DNA from: Trypethelium eluteriae
Taxonomy: Eukaryota
Assembly (NCBI GenBank): GCA_051942245.1
Contig: JAVECL010000009.1
Span: forward strand, 62,001 to 126,000
DNA length: 64,000 bases
Direction: 5' to 3'
The notes below the pieces were generated by a model. It was given only the letters and a program-made list of their open reading frames with translations, was not told the DNA's origin and did no database searches. Made by a program: the position numbers and the translations under genes. Positions 38,464 through 51,001 of this stretch are shown one piece after another. How positions within the stretch are numbered: the first letter of the stretch is position 1; each line of letters starts with the position of its first letter.

Positions 38464-40503
38464 ATGTTTTCTTCGTTTCTCTCTCACCTTCAAACCATAG
38501 CGGCGTTGTCAGCGATAACGTCTCTGACTCAAGCCACTACCTTCTCATCTACGGGCTCTACGTTTGAGCTCAATGGAATCTCGTATTACGTTCCTGCGGT
38601 CTCTGTCGGAAAGCTTCAAGTGAACCAAAACATCTCCAGCGCAGCTACATTGAATGGAGGCTTCCTTCCGCTCACACTCGTCAAAACCAACGGCACAGTG
38701 TACGAAAGCAGCGATCTTCAACTTACAGTGAATAGGTTTTTAGCATCTGACGACGTATTTCAGACTGGTTTTCTTGTAGGTAAGTAAGAGTGCTCTAAGG
38801 AGGTCGAATCTGTCATCGAAGTGCTTCGAGAGTCTTTAGCCAACAGAGGTGTAGCCATTTACGTCGAAAGTGCGAGCTTGAGTCAAGACAGACCGAACAG
38901 CCGGCTCACAGTGAACATCAATAGTTCACTCTTGGACGAGACCAGAATACAGGTCATCCCCTTATCTGGCTCCTCCCAATTGCCAGAAGGCCCATACTTC
39001 ATCTCCAGTACAGGATCAGTGTATGAAGCATGGAGACTGTATTCGGACTTCGAAGGAGCATTCACTGAGACTCTTGTGCCAAACATGGCTGGGTCCTATT
39101 CGGTACTGCCTGCGAATATTCCAGGGCAGTCGCTTGCAGTCGCTGTTTCCTCGCGACTGTATTACACCAAAACCGCTGCAAAACCTCTTGCTGGTGTCAG
39201 GCTTGGTGTCAAGGACATATATGACGTCGCGGGTGTTCATACTAGCAACGGAAATCGTGCTTGGTATCACCTCTATCCTGCAGCGAATGCGAGCGCCTTG
39301 CCTATTCAACGCTTGATTGATGCCGGCGCTATCATTGTAGGTAAGATGAAGACCAGTCAATTCGCAAACGGAGAAGAAGCAACCGCAGACTGGGTGGACT
39401 ATCACTCCCCCTTCAACCCACGCGGTGACGGTTACCAAGACCCTTCGTCTTCTTCTTCTGGTCCTGGCGCAGGGATGGCTAGCTACCCATGGCTTGATCT
39501 CACCATTGGTTCAGATACCGGCGGAAGCATCAGAGGGCCTTCTGAGGTCCAAGGTCTCTTTGGGAATCGACCATCCCATGGGCTCATTGCATTGGACGGG
39601 GTCATGCCCCTTGCGCCGGAACTGGATACAGCGGGCTTCCTCACTCGTGATCCTGTCCTTTGGGCGACAGCAGCCAGCGCTCTGTACCAGACCAATATCA
39701 GCTTTACGAATACGTATCCTCAGAAGATTCTACTGGATGGTTTTCCTACCAATGTCAGTTCTGATGGCGACGCCATGCTCCTCAACTTCGTCTCTGCTCT
39801 TGCAAAATTCATCGGTGGCAATGCGTCAGCTTACGATATCGAAGCTGACTGGTCAGCCAACACGCCGGTCGATGCAGACCCAGACCTCGGCTCATATCTG
39901 AATATTGCTTATCCGATCATCATTTCCCAAGAACAAACGACTCTTGTTCGTGACCCTTTTTATACCGACTACGGTGCCATACATGACGGTAGGCTTCCTT
40001 TCGTAGACCCAGCGCCTCTAATCCGCTGGGCATTTGGCGACTCATTTCCGAAGCCAGCGGCTCTCGATCAGGCCAATGCAAATCGCACAATTTTTCGTGA
40101 CTGGGTTGCTTCGCATGTTTTGATACCCAACAGCAGCAATCACAGCAGCACCGCCTGTTCTTCCAGCCTCTACCTCTACGTCGGCAGCGAAGCCGATGTC
40201 AACTACCGCAATCAGTACAACGGACCGCCGCAAGTTCCAATTGGATTTAGTAATGGACGAATCTCACCTTTTGCCGAGAATCCCGATTTCGTCGTGCCAT
40301 TGGGAGTGGCTAGCTACTTTAGCAACATCACGCAACATGAGGAGGTATTGCCAGTGACCGTCGACATTATGGCAGCGAAGGGGTGTGATGGCATGCTTTT
40401 CAGTCTCATTAATGACCTGGTGAAGGCAGGAATTGTCAACCAAACTGTACCAGGTTATTCGGAAGTCACTGGAGGTGACATTTTGTTTAAGCGAAACCAT
40501 TGA
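38464..40503 (+). CDS. Secreted amidase-signature enzyme (GatA-like amidase)
   Basis: Signal peptide [34 protein letters not shown] (Lys), [20 protein letters not shown] (Ser-cisSer-Lys triad); intron 38780-38854. Confidence 0.92.
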
Positions 40504-41137
40504 AGCTACGGAAAATGAGATTTCGCACTGATTCATTTCAAAAATACGAAAAGTTGTTAATGTGATATCCATAGAAGAAATATTGGCTCTTGATTTACTT
40601 CCGGCGCCATTAGAATCGCTTTTACGAAGGTAGAGGCGAGTGACAGCATGCTTTCGTTTATCCAAACTCGGCAACGACACGCAGCAAAGGTACTGTATCT
40701 ATCCTGGGCGATTCCAAAAATAAAAGTATCGTAGAGGTGCTCTAATGTGATTCGGGCGGCCGGGCGGTATGCAGGTGCCAACATTGCGCCCTTCTTGATC
40801 GTAGATGAGGGCGTAGAGACATTATATAACATATGGCCTGCCTTTCCAGCATTCTGCAATTATCTACGAGTGGTGACGCGCGAAGATGGAGGTGGTCTTA
40901 CCATCGAAGTTGCTAGAGGATCTGGTTGACTTGGTGAATCCTTCGGACCAATGACGCCATGGCAGCTCAAACTTCTTCACCTCTTCTTTTACTGCCACCA
41001 AAACCACCATGTGCGTTTTCCTTCGCTTCGGAAAATTTGTTTCCTAAGCAAAGTCAGGGCTGTATTCTTTTCCCTGTTCATCATTGGCTGCCTTCGTTCC
41101 AGGCTCTTATCCTGTTTGGTTATCTGAACGCTATGCA

Positions 41138-42877
41138 ATGGCCACATATCCAGACGCTCCGGTGACTGAACAGGACCAACGCGAAGCCGAGGTCGTGACA
41201 AAACATCTCCCTGATGGCTACTCAGCCGGTATCGACGCGTTTTCCGAAGGCCCCGCTGATGTGAGTCAAGCAGCTCAGCGCCCCGATACACCGAATGAGC
41301 CCGAGTCATCTCTCACGTTGCAAGGAGGTGACATGCACCGAGATCTCTACAAGATCGACGCCAAAGCAAGAGCACATAGACGAGCTGCGACATACCATGC
41401 CTCTCTCCCTGCTCCACTGCTTTCAAGAAGTAACAACGAGCTCTCTGCTTCAGAACAACAGGCACCGGGAGGATTTCGGAGACAATTCGTTCAACGTGAG
41501 AGAGGCAGACAGTCCCGCTTCCATCCTGCCAATGTTCCCGTGGCTAAGAACTTCGTTGAGTTTTTGGACCTCTATGGAAGCTTCGCCGGTGAAGAGCTTG
41601 CTGAATCAGAGGACGATGAATCTGCCTTCACCGATGAGGAGGAGCCGAGTGAGACTAGACCACTTCTCCAACGCCGGAAAAGCTCCAAAGTTGTGAGGAG
41701 AGGAGATGCTGGTGTAACGAAAACGTTCTTCACATTGCTAAAGGCATTCGTTGGAACAGGAATCATGTTTCTACCAAAAGCGTTCAAGAATGGCGGTATA
41801 CTCTTTTCTTCAATCACGTTGGTCACCGTGTCCGTGGTCACCACGCTGGCTTTTCACCTATTGCTACAATGCAGATCGAAATATGGAGGTGGATATGGCG
41901 ATCTGGGTGCGTCGATTGGGGGCCCGAAATTGCGGGGCCTTATTCTTGGATCCATCACACTTTCTCAACTCGGATTCGTCTGTGCTGGCACGATTTTTGT
42001 TGCTGAAAACCTATACGCCTTCCTCGAAGCTGTTGCCCGCGGTCACGAGCCATTATCATCGAATGCACTCATTGCTATCCAGCTGGTGGTGCTCATCCCG
42101 CTGGCTCTGATCCGGAACATTTCCAAATTGGGCCCTGCTGCTTTGATAGCCGATATCTGTATCATGATTGGACTGGGCTATATCTACTACTACGACATTG
42201 CCACTATTGCGAACAAGGGGATCGATCCAACAGTAACACTATTCAACTCCCGTGAATGGACTCTAACAGTTGGCGCCGCTATCTTCACGTTCGAAGGCAT
42301 TGGTCTCATTCTACCAATTCAGTCATCCATGGAGCGACCGGAAAAGTTTGAGCTCCTGCTCTGCATCGTTATGGCTATCATTACCGTCATCTTCACCATG
42401 GTGGGCGTCCTCTGTTATGCAACTTTTGGATCTGATACTATGATTGAGATAATCTCCAACTACCCGCAGGATAGCCACTTTGTCAATTCCGTTCAGTTCC
42501 TTTATTCGCTCGCGGTGCTCGTGGGTACTCCTGTCCAACTCTTCCCCGCAGTAAGGATTATAGAAGAGAAGCTCTTCAAAGGCCTATCGGGAAAGCGTGA
42601 TGGCACTACGAAGTGGAAGAAGAACGGATTTCGAACTGCGGTCACTGTGGCGTGTATAATCGTTTCCATTGCCGGAGCGAAGAATCTGGATAGATTTGTG
42701 GCTTTAATTGGATCCTTCGCTTGCGTGCCTCTTGTCTACATCTACCCGGCATTGTTGCATTACAAGGGAATCGCCAAAAGTCGGCTAGAGAAGGCAGGGG
42801 ACGCAATATTCATGCTGGTTGGCCTAGCAGCCATGGTCTACACGACTTTCGTCACTATCATCAATAGCTTTCTTTAG
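41138..42877 (+). CDS. AAAP-family (Avt3/Avt4-like) vacuolar amino acid transporter
   Basis: PGGFRRQF, NFVEFLDLYGSFAGE, TFFTLLKAFVGTGIMFLPKAF, AIFTFEGIGLILPI; ~11 hydrophobic helices; ETRPLL dileucine-type motif; intronless. Confidence 0.92.
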   Translation: MATYPDAPVTEQDQREAEVVTKHLPDGYSAGIDAFSEGPADVSQAAQRPDTPNEPESSLTLQGGDMHRDLYKIDAKARAHRRAATYHASLPAPLLSRSNNELSASEQQAPGGFRRQFVQRERGRQSRFHPANVPVAKNFVEFLDLYGSFAGEELAESEDDESAFTDEEEPSETRPLLQRRKSSKVVRRGDAGVTKTFFTLLKAFVGTGIMFLPKAFKNGGILFSSITLVTVSVVTTLAFHLLLQCRSKYGGGYGDLGASIGGPKLRGLILGSITLSQLGFVCAGTIFVAENLYAFLEAVARGHEPLSSNALIAIQLVVLIPLALIRNISKLGPAALIADICIMIGLGYIYYYDIATIANKGIDPTVTLFNSREWTLTVGAAIFTFEGIGLILPIQSSMERPEKFELLLCIVMAIITVIFTMVGVLCYATFGSDTMIEIISNYPQDSHFVNSVQFLYSLAVLVGTPVQLFPAVRIIEEKLFKGLSGKRDGTTKWKKNGFRTAVTVACIIVSIAGAKNLDRFVALIGSFACVPLVYIYPALLHYKGIAKSRLEKAGDAIFMLVGLAAMVYTTFVTIINSFL

Positions 42878-42990
42878 CAATTAGCGAGCATACATAGCAC
42901 CTATGTGTGTGCACGAATTAATTTAATTGGACCACTTTTTCAGTAGGACAGCCTCTACGACATGGCTCTCAACCAGAAACCCCGGCCTCA

Positions 42991-44327
42991 TCAGTAACCT
43001 GCTCTTCCCGTCACAACCCCGTAACATGGTCCGCCCTTGCCAAACATCTTATGCAGGTCTGAAGCAATCACATCTGGCCTCTCCCAGGCTGCAAAATGTC
43101 CTCCTCGCTCATGTTCACTATGATAGACCACGGGACCTAGAGTTGCGGCCCATGTCTTTGGTACGACACTGATTTCTCGCGGGAAATGCGCCATTCCTAC
43201 CTTGACGTGAGGGATCCAACTTCGAAGCCGGTCCCACGTCGTCGCCGTCGATGGCGATTCAGGGTGGCTGGCTTCGTAATAGATGCGGACACTAGCTTCG
43301 GGTCCTGCTGTGGAGAACCAATAGATAGAAATCCAAGTCAGAATTTCGTCATCTGTCCATGGATAATTGTCTGTCCAGTCATGCAGCTTCTCATAGATCC
43401 AGGCAAGCAATGCAACAGGGCTGTCAGCAAGAGCAAAGCCTATGGTCTGTGGTTTGGTGCTCTGCAGAAGATTATACCCGTATCCTTCCTTCCAGAACCA
43501 CTCTGACCGTTCGAGACCATCCTTCTCTCGTTGGCTGTACGGCAAGACAGCGTGTTGGATAGCAAGGAGAGGATTCTTTGCAAGCTCCGGTGGTTTGGCC
43601 AGGACCATGTTGATGTGCGAAGCCATACAGCTTTGAGGATACTGCCGGCCTATAGCACGTGTAACCCAAAAGCCCCAATCTCCTCCTTGGGTGATATACT
43701 TTTCGTAACCGAGCTTCAGCATAAGCTTGTTGAGAGTCTCGGCATACTTGTCCAGAGAGAACCCTTTGCGATTGATGCCGCTAGAGAAACCGAAATTGGG
43801 TAAAGATGGAGCCACCACGTGAAATGCAGGCCTCTCGTCGCCGCCCCTCAGAAGAGGCAGCAGTTTTGATACCTCAATGAAAGAGCCGGGCCCTCATCGA
43901 AATTAGCGATATGTCATTCAAACCCTGTCTTCGTTTCATGCACTTACAGCCATGTGAGAAAAGTAACGGAATCGCGTCTTTATTGGAGCTGCGCTGATGC
44001 ACGACTGCATGGCATTAGATACAAGTCGAATTTAGCTGAATTTGCGACCTGACAGTGAATCTCCACATCACCAAATTCTGCAATGTCTATGGTAGTCTTG
44101 AATTGTGGGAGCTCATTCAAGGCCGCTTCGGCTTTCCTCCAATCGAATTCGTCTTTCCAATACGTCGCCAATCTCTTTAGCTCGGACACGGGAGGGCCAA
44201 AATCCCACATCCGTGCTGATTCGAGTTGAGATGGGAATTTGGTAAGGGATAGCCGTTGCTTTAGTTGCTCGATTGCTTCCTCCGGCACTGATATCTTGAA
44301 GGGCTCCGGGTCTGCACCGCCAGCCAT
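42991..44327 (-). CDS. Microsomal-type epoxide hydrolase (EHN + alpha/beta hydrolase)
   Basis: PEPFKISV…[43 protein letters not shown] nucleophile, GGHFAAWE; two introns. Confidence 0.93.
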
Positions 44328-45151
44328 ATTGCTCTTCTTGACACTGCTGCGTAAGGAACTTTGGAAATTTTTGTAGGGCAAGTTTAAAGATCTGTGAAAG
44401 AGGCAAATTGTGAGACGTTTACAAAATGATTGCCGGTAAGGTTCGTACTGGAGATTGGCAGGGGTGAAAATACTCCAAGATAAACACAGTCAATTGCTTG
44501 GACAAGTGTTTGGTACTTGTCTTCTTCATGAGCCAAAGAGCAAGTACCCAGACTTATGAGCAGTGGGAGCTCGATGTAGGATTTGTAAGATATTGGAGGA
44601 CAGCGTCGAGCGCCACTCGTGAGTCACTGGATACCATTTCACCCAATCTGCCTACCGCTGGGTTCGAGCTAGTAAAACTAAGAGTGAGGAGACATCGGTG
44701 GGTGTCGGAAGACCACGTATAGTAACGAGCTTCTGATTGCAGTCTGTACCGTACCAAACCACCGGCAGGGTTTGGCTGCACCATTGAGATGATTGTACCA
44801 AGTACTCCGTGGGGAGGTGGGGTGAGGAGTTGGAAAGGATGGAAAGCTCCGAACGCTTGACCTCATTTGATGTCGGTCCTTGCCTTACCTTAACCTAAAG
44901 TGGGAGGGGTGGTTTTCGCATCCTCTACCCATCAACAGCTTGGCTTTGACTGGCATGCTGGCGTGTCGGGCATTGGATTGGAGATAGGAAATCAAGCTTG
45001 ATCAGGGCATTGATGGTGTTAGTCCCCTTAGGTGTTTGACAATACAGTACCTTACTAGCTAACAATCGATACATTAAGACGGGGAAATCTTGGCGCTCAT
45101 GTGGTGCCATCGGCTTTCTACATCCTCTTGGGTAGTCAAGATCACATCGAA

Positions 45152-46440
45152 CTATCCCGCCACATTCTCTGCAACCTGCTCACCCTTCGCCCCCAAAACT
45201 CCTTCCTCCCTCTGACCCGTCTGCTCGTTCACCTCGAATAGTTTGCTGATCGCCTCCAAAGTCGTGTTTCCTCCACTCAGCACAATCCCAACATTCCATC
45301 CCTTTTCACCGGCTTCCTTCTCCACAAGATGCCTAAAGTCTTCATTGTAGAGGACCGTAGCTAAGCCTACTGCCGCAGAGGGCTCTATGAATACTTTCAT
45401 GCGCTCCATTACCAACTTCATGGCCGATTTGATCTGCTCCTCACTGACTCCGTACACCGCCCGGACCTTGGACGGATCAGAGATGACCGTCCAGGGTATT
45501 ACACCTACTGGAGTACGCAGACCGTCGGCAATTGTTAAAGTCTTGACACTGGTGACACGCTCGCCAGCACGAAGACCGCGGACACAGTCGTCCGTGCCGT
45601 TGTCGTTTGGTTCCGCACCGAAAACATAGATGCCTGTGCCGTGTAGTGCGGTAGCAACACCGGACAGCATACCCCCACCTCCGCAAGGCGTAATCACTGC
45701 ATCAAGTCCGTTGTTCTTCCTTCCCGCTGCACTGTAGATAGTACCATTCAGAGCGGTATTCCCCAGGTCCTTTTGCATTGCTTTCGTCATCTCCTCGACC
45801 TGCGCCTCAAACTCCAAGCCCATAGTGCCCTGACCAAGAATGATGTCTGGATGATCGTACGGTGGCACCAGGATCGCACCCGTCTGCTCCTGCACCTCTG
45901 CCACTACCTTCTCTCGCTCTTCGGACGTCGAGCCACTAAAGACAACGTTTGCGCCGTATCCTTGCGTGGCAGCAATTTTGGAAGGGGTCGAAATAGTGGG
46001 CATGATAATATGGGCTTTGACATTGCGGATGGAGGCAGCGAGGGCGAGGGCCTGAGCATGATTCCCTGCATGTCATGGAGTCAGCTAACTTTCCTCGTAT
46101 TTGAAAGGTACTCCCTCCTACCGGAGCTATGTGTGATTACCCCTCGTTTGAGCTCTTCATGGGTGAGGCGGCTTAACGCATGGTTCGCGCCCCGTGCTTT
46201 GAAAGCGCCGATTTTCTGGTAGTTTTCACATTTGAAGAAGAGATTGACTTTCGGCCTTGCAGGCCGTTGGCCTTCATACGGAGTGTCTACTAGCACGGCA
46301 GGAGATTGAGGCGTAGATGCCAGGTGGGACAGAGCAGTGCATGTTGTCACAGGTGTAAGATGAACGAAGGGCTTTATTTGTTTGTGGGCTTCTTGTACAG
46401 ATGCTCTGGTCAATGGAAGGCACCTGGATGGATCTGCCAT
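45152..46440 (-). CDS. SRY1: PLP-dependent serine racemase / 3-hydroxyaspartate ammonia-lyase (fold type II)
   Basis: FKCENYQKIGAFKARGA, THSSG|NHAQ, PPYDHPDIILGQGT, PCGGGG, TIADGLR, EPSAAV, LSGGN; one intron near 46068-46120. Confidence 0.9.
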
Positions 46441-46648
46441 GGTCAATGAGTGCACGAGTTCAGAGTATGAAATGTGTTGCGAGTACTTACTTTTGGGGGA
46501 AGAAATAAATTCGGTGGGGGGAAATTTGAGGTGGTATCGCGGGGTATCTTGCTCCGTAGGGAGCAGGACGGATAGAGATACTGATCGGGCGTACAACAGG
46601 GAGACAGCAAGTCGAGTCCTAATAGTAATACGTGGAGATAGAATGACT

Positions 46649-48034
46649 TTAGGACTCAATTCTATCTTCGCCAACTATCAAAGCTTTGACTTCTTGCTCC
46701 AACGACCAATTCCTAACGCTTTCCATAACCTTCGCCAGGGTATCTCCGCCTCCTATCACGTCGTTCAAATCGTGGACAGAAAAGCCGCTCCGGTGATCAG
46801 TAACTCGCTGTTGGCTCCAATTGTATGTCCTTATTTTATCCCCTCTTCCCACTTTCGCGACGCCTACAACACTCCTTCTCATTTGGAGCATCTCTTCTTC
46901 TCGCGCTTCCCGTCTCGATTGCGCTAGGCGGGAACGTAGTAATTTCCATGCTTTATCTCTATTCCTGGACTGCGATCGTTGATCCTGAATTGAAACGACA
47001 GTTTTGGTAGGTAAGTGTGTAAGTCTAATAGCGGAGTCTGTCGTGTTGACATGTTGGCCGCCAGATCCTCTGGCTTTCATCACTTCCGTCCGAACCTCCT
47101 TGGGATCGATGTAGTAGTCATTTGACGAATCATTAATGTCACCCGCCTCTCCCTGTTTCTCATCGGCACCGGGAAACGACGGTAGGACTAAGACCGAAGC
47201 CGCACTCGTATGCGTCCTTCCTTTGCTCTCTGTGGCCGGGACCCTTTGCACACGGTGCACACCCGCTTCACATCTCAGCATATCGTAAGCGCCTTCAGAT
47301 TCGACTTCTAATATAGCTTCTGCCAATGGCAAGTCTGAGCCAATTGGGTCAGCTGCGCCTTCCGCGTCTTCGTATTTGATGAGCGAGCAGCGCAGTCGGT
47401 TGCGCGCGCAGTATGCTCGATACATACGGAGAAGATCTGCCGCAAACAAGGCAGCTTCTGATCCACCAGCACCCGGCCGAATTTCGATAAGGCATGGTAG
47501 GTGTGCGAAAGGATGTTGCGGGACGAGACTGGCAGTTAGGGATTGGGATGCTCGTGCTAACTGATCGGTGGAGTGTTGCAGGTCTTCAGCAGCAAGCGCG
47601 CGGAGCTCTGAGTCTGCTGCAGGGTCTCGCAGAAGGTCGTCCAGCTCTCTATGAGACTGCAGTAATTCAGTGATGATCTGCCCCAAATACCAGAAATATT
47701 GTGATATACCTCTTTAAGCTGGTCCCATTCTCGCAGGGCATAAACCGTGGCGCTCAATTGCCCCAATTTCTTTGCCAAGTTGATGCTAAACCCTTCGCCA
47801 AGCTGCTTTGATACGTTTTCATGCTCGGCGGCAAGTGCGCGTGCTTTCGAAAGGAGTGCGGGAGATAAATGTTCGCTGGCAGCAGCTGCATCAGACGGTC
47901 AGCCTGTGCATTCTTGCCCTCATGGAGTAGTGGGTGGAGAACGAACTAGTATATGGACATCGCGCTTGACATGCTCTAGATTGTCTGAAGAATTTATGAA
48001 GGCAATGTCGACAAACCCAAGCTCGAACAATCAT
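46649..48034 (-). CDS. MRF1: Mitochondrial peptide chain release factor 1
   Basis: Arg-rich presequence MIVRAWVCRHCL; EIRPGAGGSEA, EAGVHRVQRVPATE (PAT tripeptide), ARGSGGQHVNTTDSA (GGQ), KIRTYN; two introns. Confidence 0.93.
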
Positions 48035-48544
48035 GACTTTGAGGCTGAAATGTAGATTGCGTCCCTTGCACCGCAAATGTTCGGAATCGGAATTTTTCCG
48101 GGGTACACTTCTTCGTCAAACCTTCCTCAGCCATCTGCCAACGCACTTGGATACAAGGCGAACATCAGCTCACTAGGATACTCCTCTGATGATTGCATTG
48201 GGAATGACGACTGGTTCAACTACCACCATTCCGTTCTGCACCATGACGAAATGAGCAGGTGTCTCGATGGGACTCCCACCCCACATGGACTGATAGCGGG
48301 GTGATGTCAAGAAAAACTGCCCTGCCGAGTATTCGGGTCTATACCACTAGCTTTAGAGTCTTGAAGGTCTGTCTAGTGACTAAATCAACCGCCGCTCTGC
48401 TTCCGCAATACGCTCTCTTCCTCCTTCTATCTTTCGTTGCCGCTCAAATCTTCTTCTGGATCCCGTCTCTTGTACCCATCCTTCAATCCCCTTCTCACGC
48501 CTAGTGCAATCGTCTTCTTACCGTCAGACAAAGTCTAGGAGAAC

Positions 48545-50546
48545 ATGCCTCTTACCCCAGGAGCGATATACCCTGCATCTTATCCCGAGTTCGCTGCCTT
48601 TGCAAGCCGCCGGAGTGTCATTCACAGTACGAAAGGAATCGTCTCCAGCACTCAGCCACTAGCTACAGCATGTGGATTGAGAATTTTGAGGGAAGGGGGC
48701 AACTGCGCCGTAAGTTCTGACATCGAGTCATATATGAACAGGTGCATCTGACGTGGATGTCGTAGGATGCCGCCGTTGCGACTGCCGCTGGTCTGAATAT
48801 GACCGAACCAAGTTCAACAGGCATTGGCGGTGATATGTTCTGTCTCTTCTACAATGCAAAAACCAAAAAAGTCCATGCCCTGAATGGCTCTGGTCGCTCT
48901 GGCGGAAAAATTACCCTTGAAAGCATACGGAATGACTTGGGGTTCAAAGATGGAGAAGCGGGCCAGATCCCGATGCTCAGTGTCCATGCTGCAACAATTC
49001 CAGGTGCACCAGCAGGATGGGTGGATACTGTGCAGAAATTTGGCAGTGGCAAGCTATCAATGGAGCAGATACTCGCGCCTGCAATTGAGTTAGGCGAAGA
49101 GGGTTTCCCGGTTTCTGAATTATCTGCATATTACGTATGTAATCAAAGCATAGTCATTTGTCTGAGCAAGAAATTGACGGGTCATTCGTGTCTAGTGGAA
49201 GCGGAGCGAGCAGTCTTTGCGTAATGCCTCCCCGAATTTCGCAGAAATGCTAAAGAAGGATTCAAAGGCAAAAGACGGATGTCGTGCTCCCAGATCCGGA
49301 GAAATCATGCAAAATCCCACGCTTGCCAATACCTTTCGACTGCTGGCACAGAACGGGAAAAAAGGTTACTACGAGGGCGCTGTCGCAGACGCCCTAGTCA
49401 AAGTGGTTCAAGATCTTGGAGGCCGCCTCACTCACGAAGACTTAAAGCAGCACATGAACATGGGAAGTGAGGAGGTTGACGCGATCTCCCTAAAATTCAC
49501 CGGCCAGGGAGTCGGCAAGTTACAGGCCCAAAATTTGCACGATCACTCGGAGGAGGGTATCGAAGTCTGGGAACATCCGCCTAATGGACAAGGCATCGTC
49601 GCCTTAATGGCGCTTGGCATGTTGGAAGAGCTTGAAAGAGCGGGTAAGATTCGAAGATTCATCGAAAGGGATCATAACTGCGCAGAGTGTGTGTCCTTGA
49701 TTTTTACCTCACGCGTCCGAATTCCTTACTCTGATGTGCAGGTATCTCCATGCCGTAATCGAAACCCTTCGCATCGCCTTCGCCGATTCCAACTGGTGGG
49801 TGGCTGACCCTAACGTTTCTAAAGTCCCTATTGCAAAGCTCATATCACGTCCCTATCTCGCATCTCGCGCCCAGCTCTTTGACGCCTCCCGTGCTTCCCC
49901 GATTCCGGACCACGGTTCGCCAGCGCACAATCACAGTGACACTGTCTACTTCACCTGTAGCGACGCGGAGGGGAACGCCATCTCCTTCATCAACTCCAAC
50001 TACGCCGGGTTTGGTACGGCTATCATCCCGCGTGGCTGTGGTTTCACACTACAGAACCGAGGCGCCAATTTCGTGCTCCAACCCTCGGAGCATCCTAACA
50101 TCTTCGCACCGAACAAGCGTCCGTATCATACTATCATTCCTGCCATGGCAACCAATCCGAGCGATGGGAGTCTACATTCGAGTTTTGGAGTGATGGGTGG
50201 CTTTATGCAGCCTCAGGGCCACGTGCAGGTTTTGCTTAATCAGCTCGTCTTCAAATTGACGCCTCAAGCGGCGTTAGATGCGCCTCGGATTTGTATTGGA
50301 GCTGGGATGCCTGACAATACGGCGGATGGACAGGTGTTCGACAAGACGGTGTATCTGGAGGAGGGAATTAGAGAGAAAGTGGCTCAGGAATTGAGAAATC
50401 TGGGACATCAGGTGGAGATCGTAAGTGGTTTTGGGAGGGGGTTATTTGGCAGGGGTCAAATCATCAGACATCATGTAGAGGACGGGAAGATGATTTGGAG
50501 CGCAGGGAGTGATCTAAGAGGTGATGGCGCTGCGGTGCCGGTATAA
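48545..50546 (+). CDS. Gamma-glutamyltranspeptidase (cytosolic, LmbA/YwrD-like Ntn hydrolase)
   Basis: [44 protein letters not shown] (Thr nucleophile), [35 protein letters not shown]; three introns; no TM anchor. Confidence 0.93.
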
Positions 50547-51001
50547 TGATAATGGAGAGATGGCCTTCAAGCGGGGGAGAGGCGTTAGGGGGAACGGAGT
50601 GGGAAAAATTACAGCCTCCCGTTCTTTCAATCTCCGAACAAAGACTGCTCAGAGCTCTATATTCTCTTGAAATACAAGGCCCAGCATGATTGGATATGAG
50701 AATATGTGGTTCATGGATGAGGTGCTTCGATAATAGGCGAAAATGTCAGGGAAGATGGTAAATCTCAAATAACAGGGTAATGAGGCGGAGAAAATCGAAT
50801 GGCCAGTGGGTTCCAGCAGCTTCGTTCGATATACCTCCATTCGAATTAGAGAACACTAAGCATTCCTACTCCGACGGGTTATACATTATCTGTCTATAAA
50901 TCATCTTATTCATGTCTCCGAAAATTTCCAATTGCGAAAGTAAAGCTTCCCGTGAATTGGTCATATAAATTTGGTGATCAGGTCAAACCAGATGATTAAC
51001 T

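Noticed and set aside
44655..44680. GGTTCGA T-loop-like motif (also at ~29937 and, on the minus strand, ~58492)
   Set aside because: No T-stem or cloverleaf; not tRNAs.
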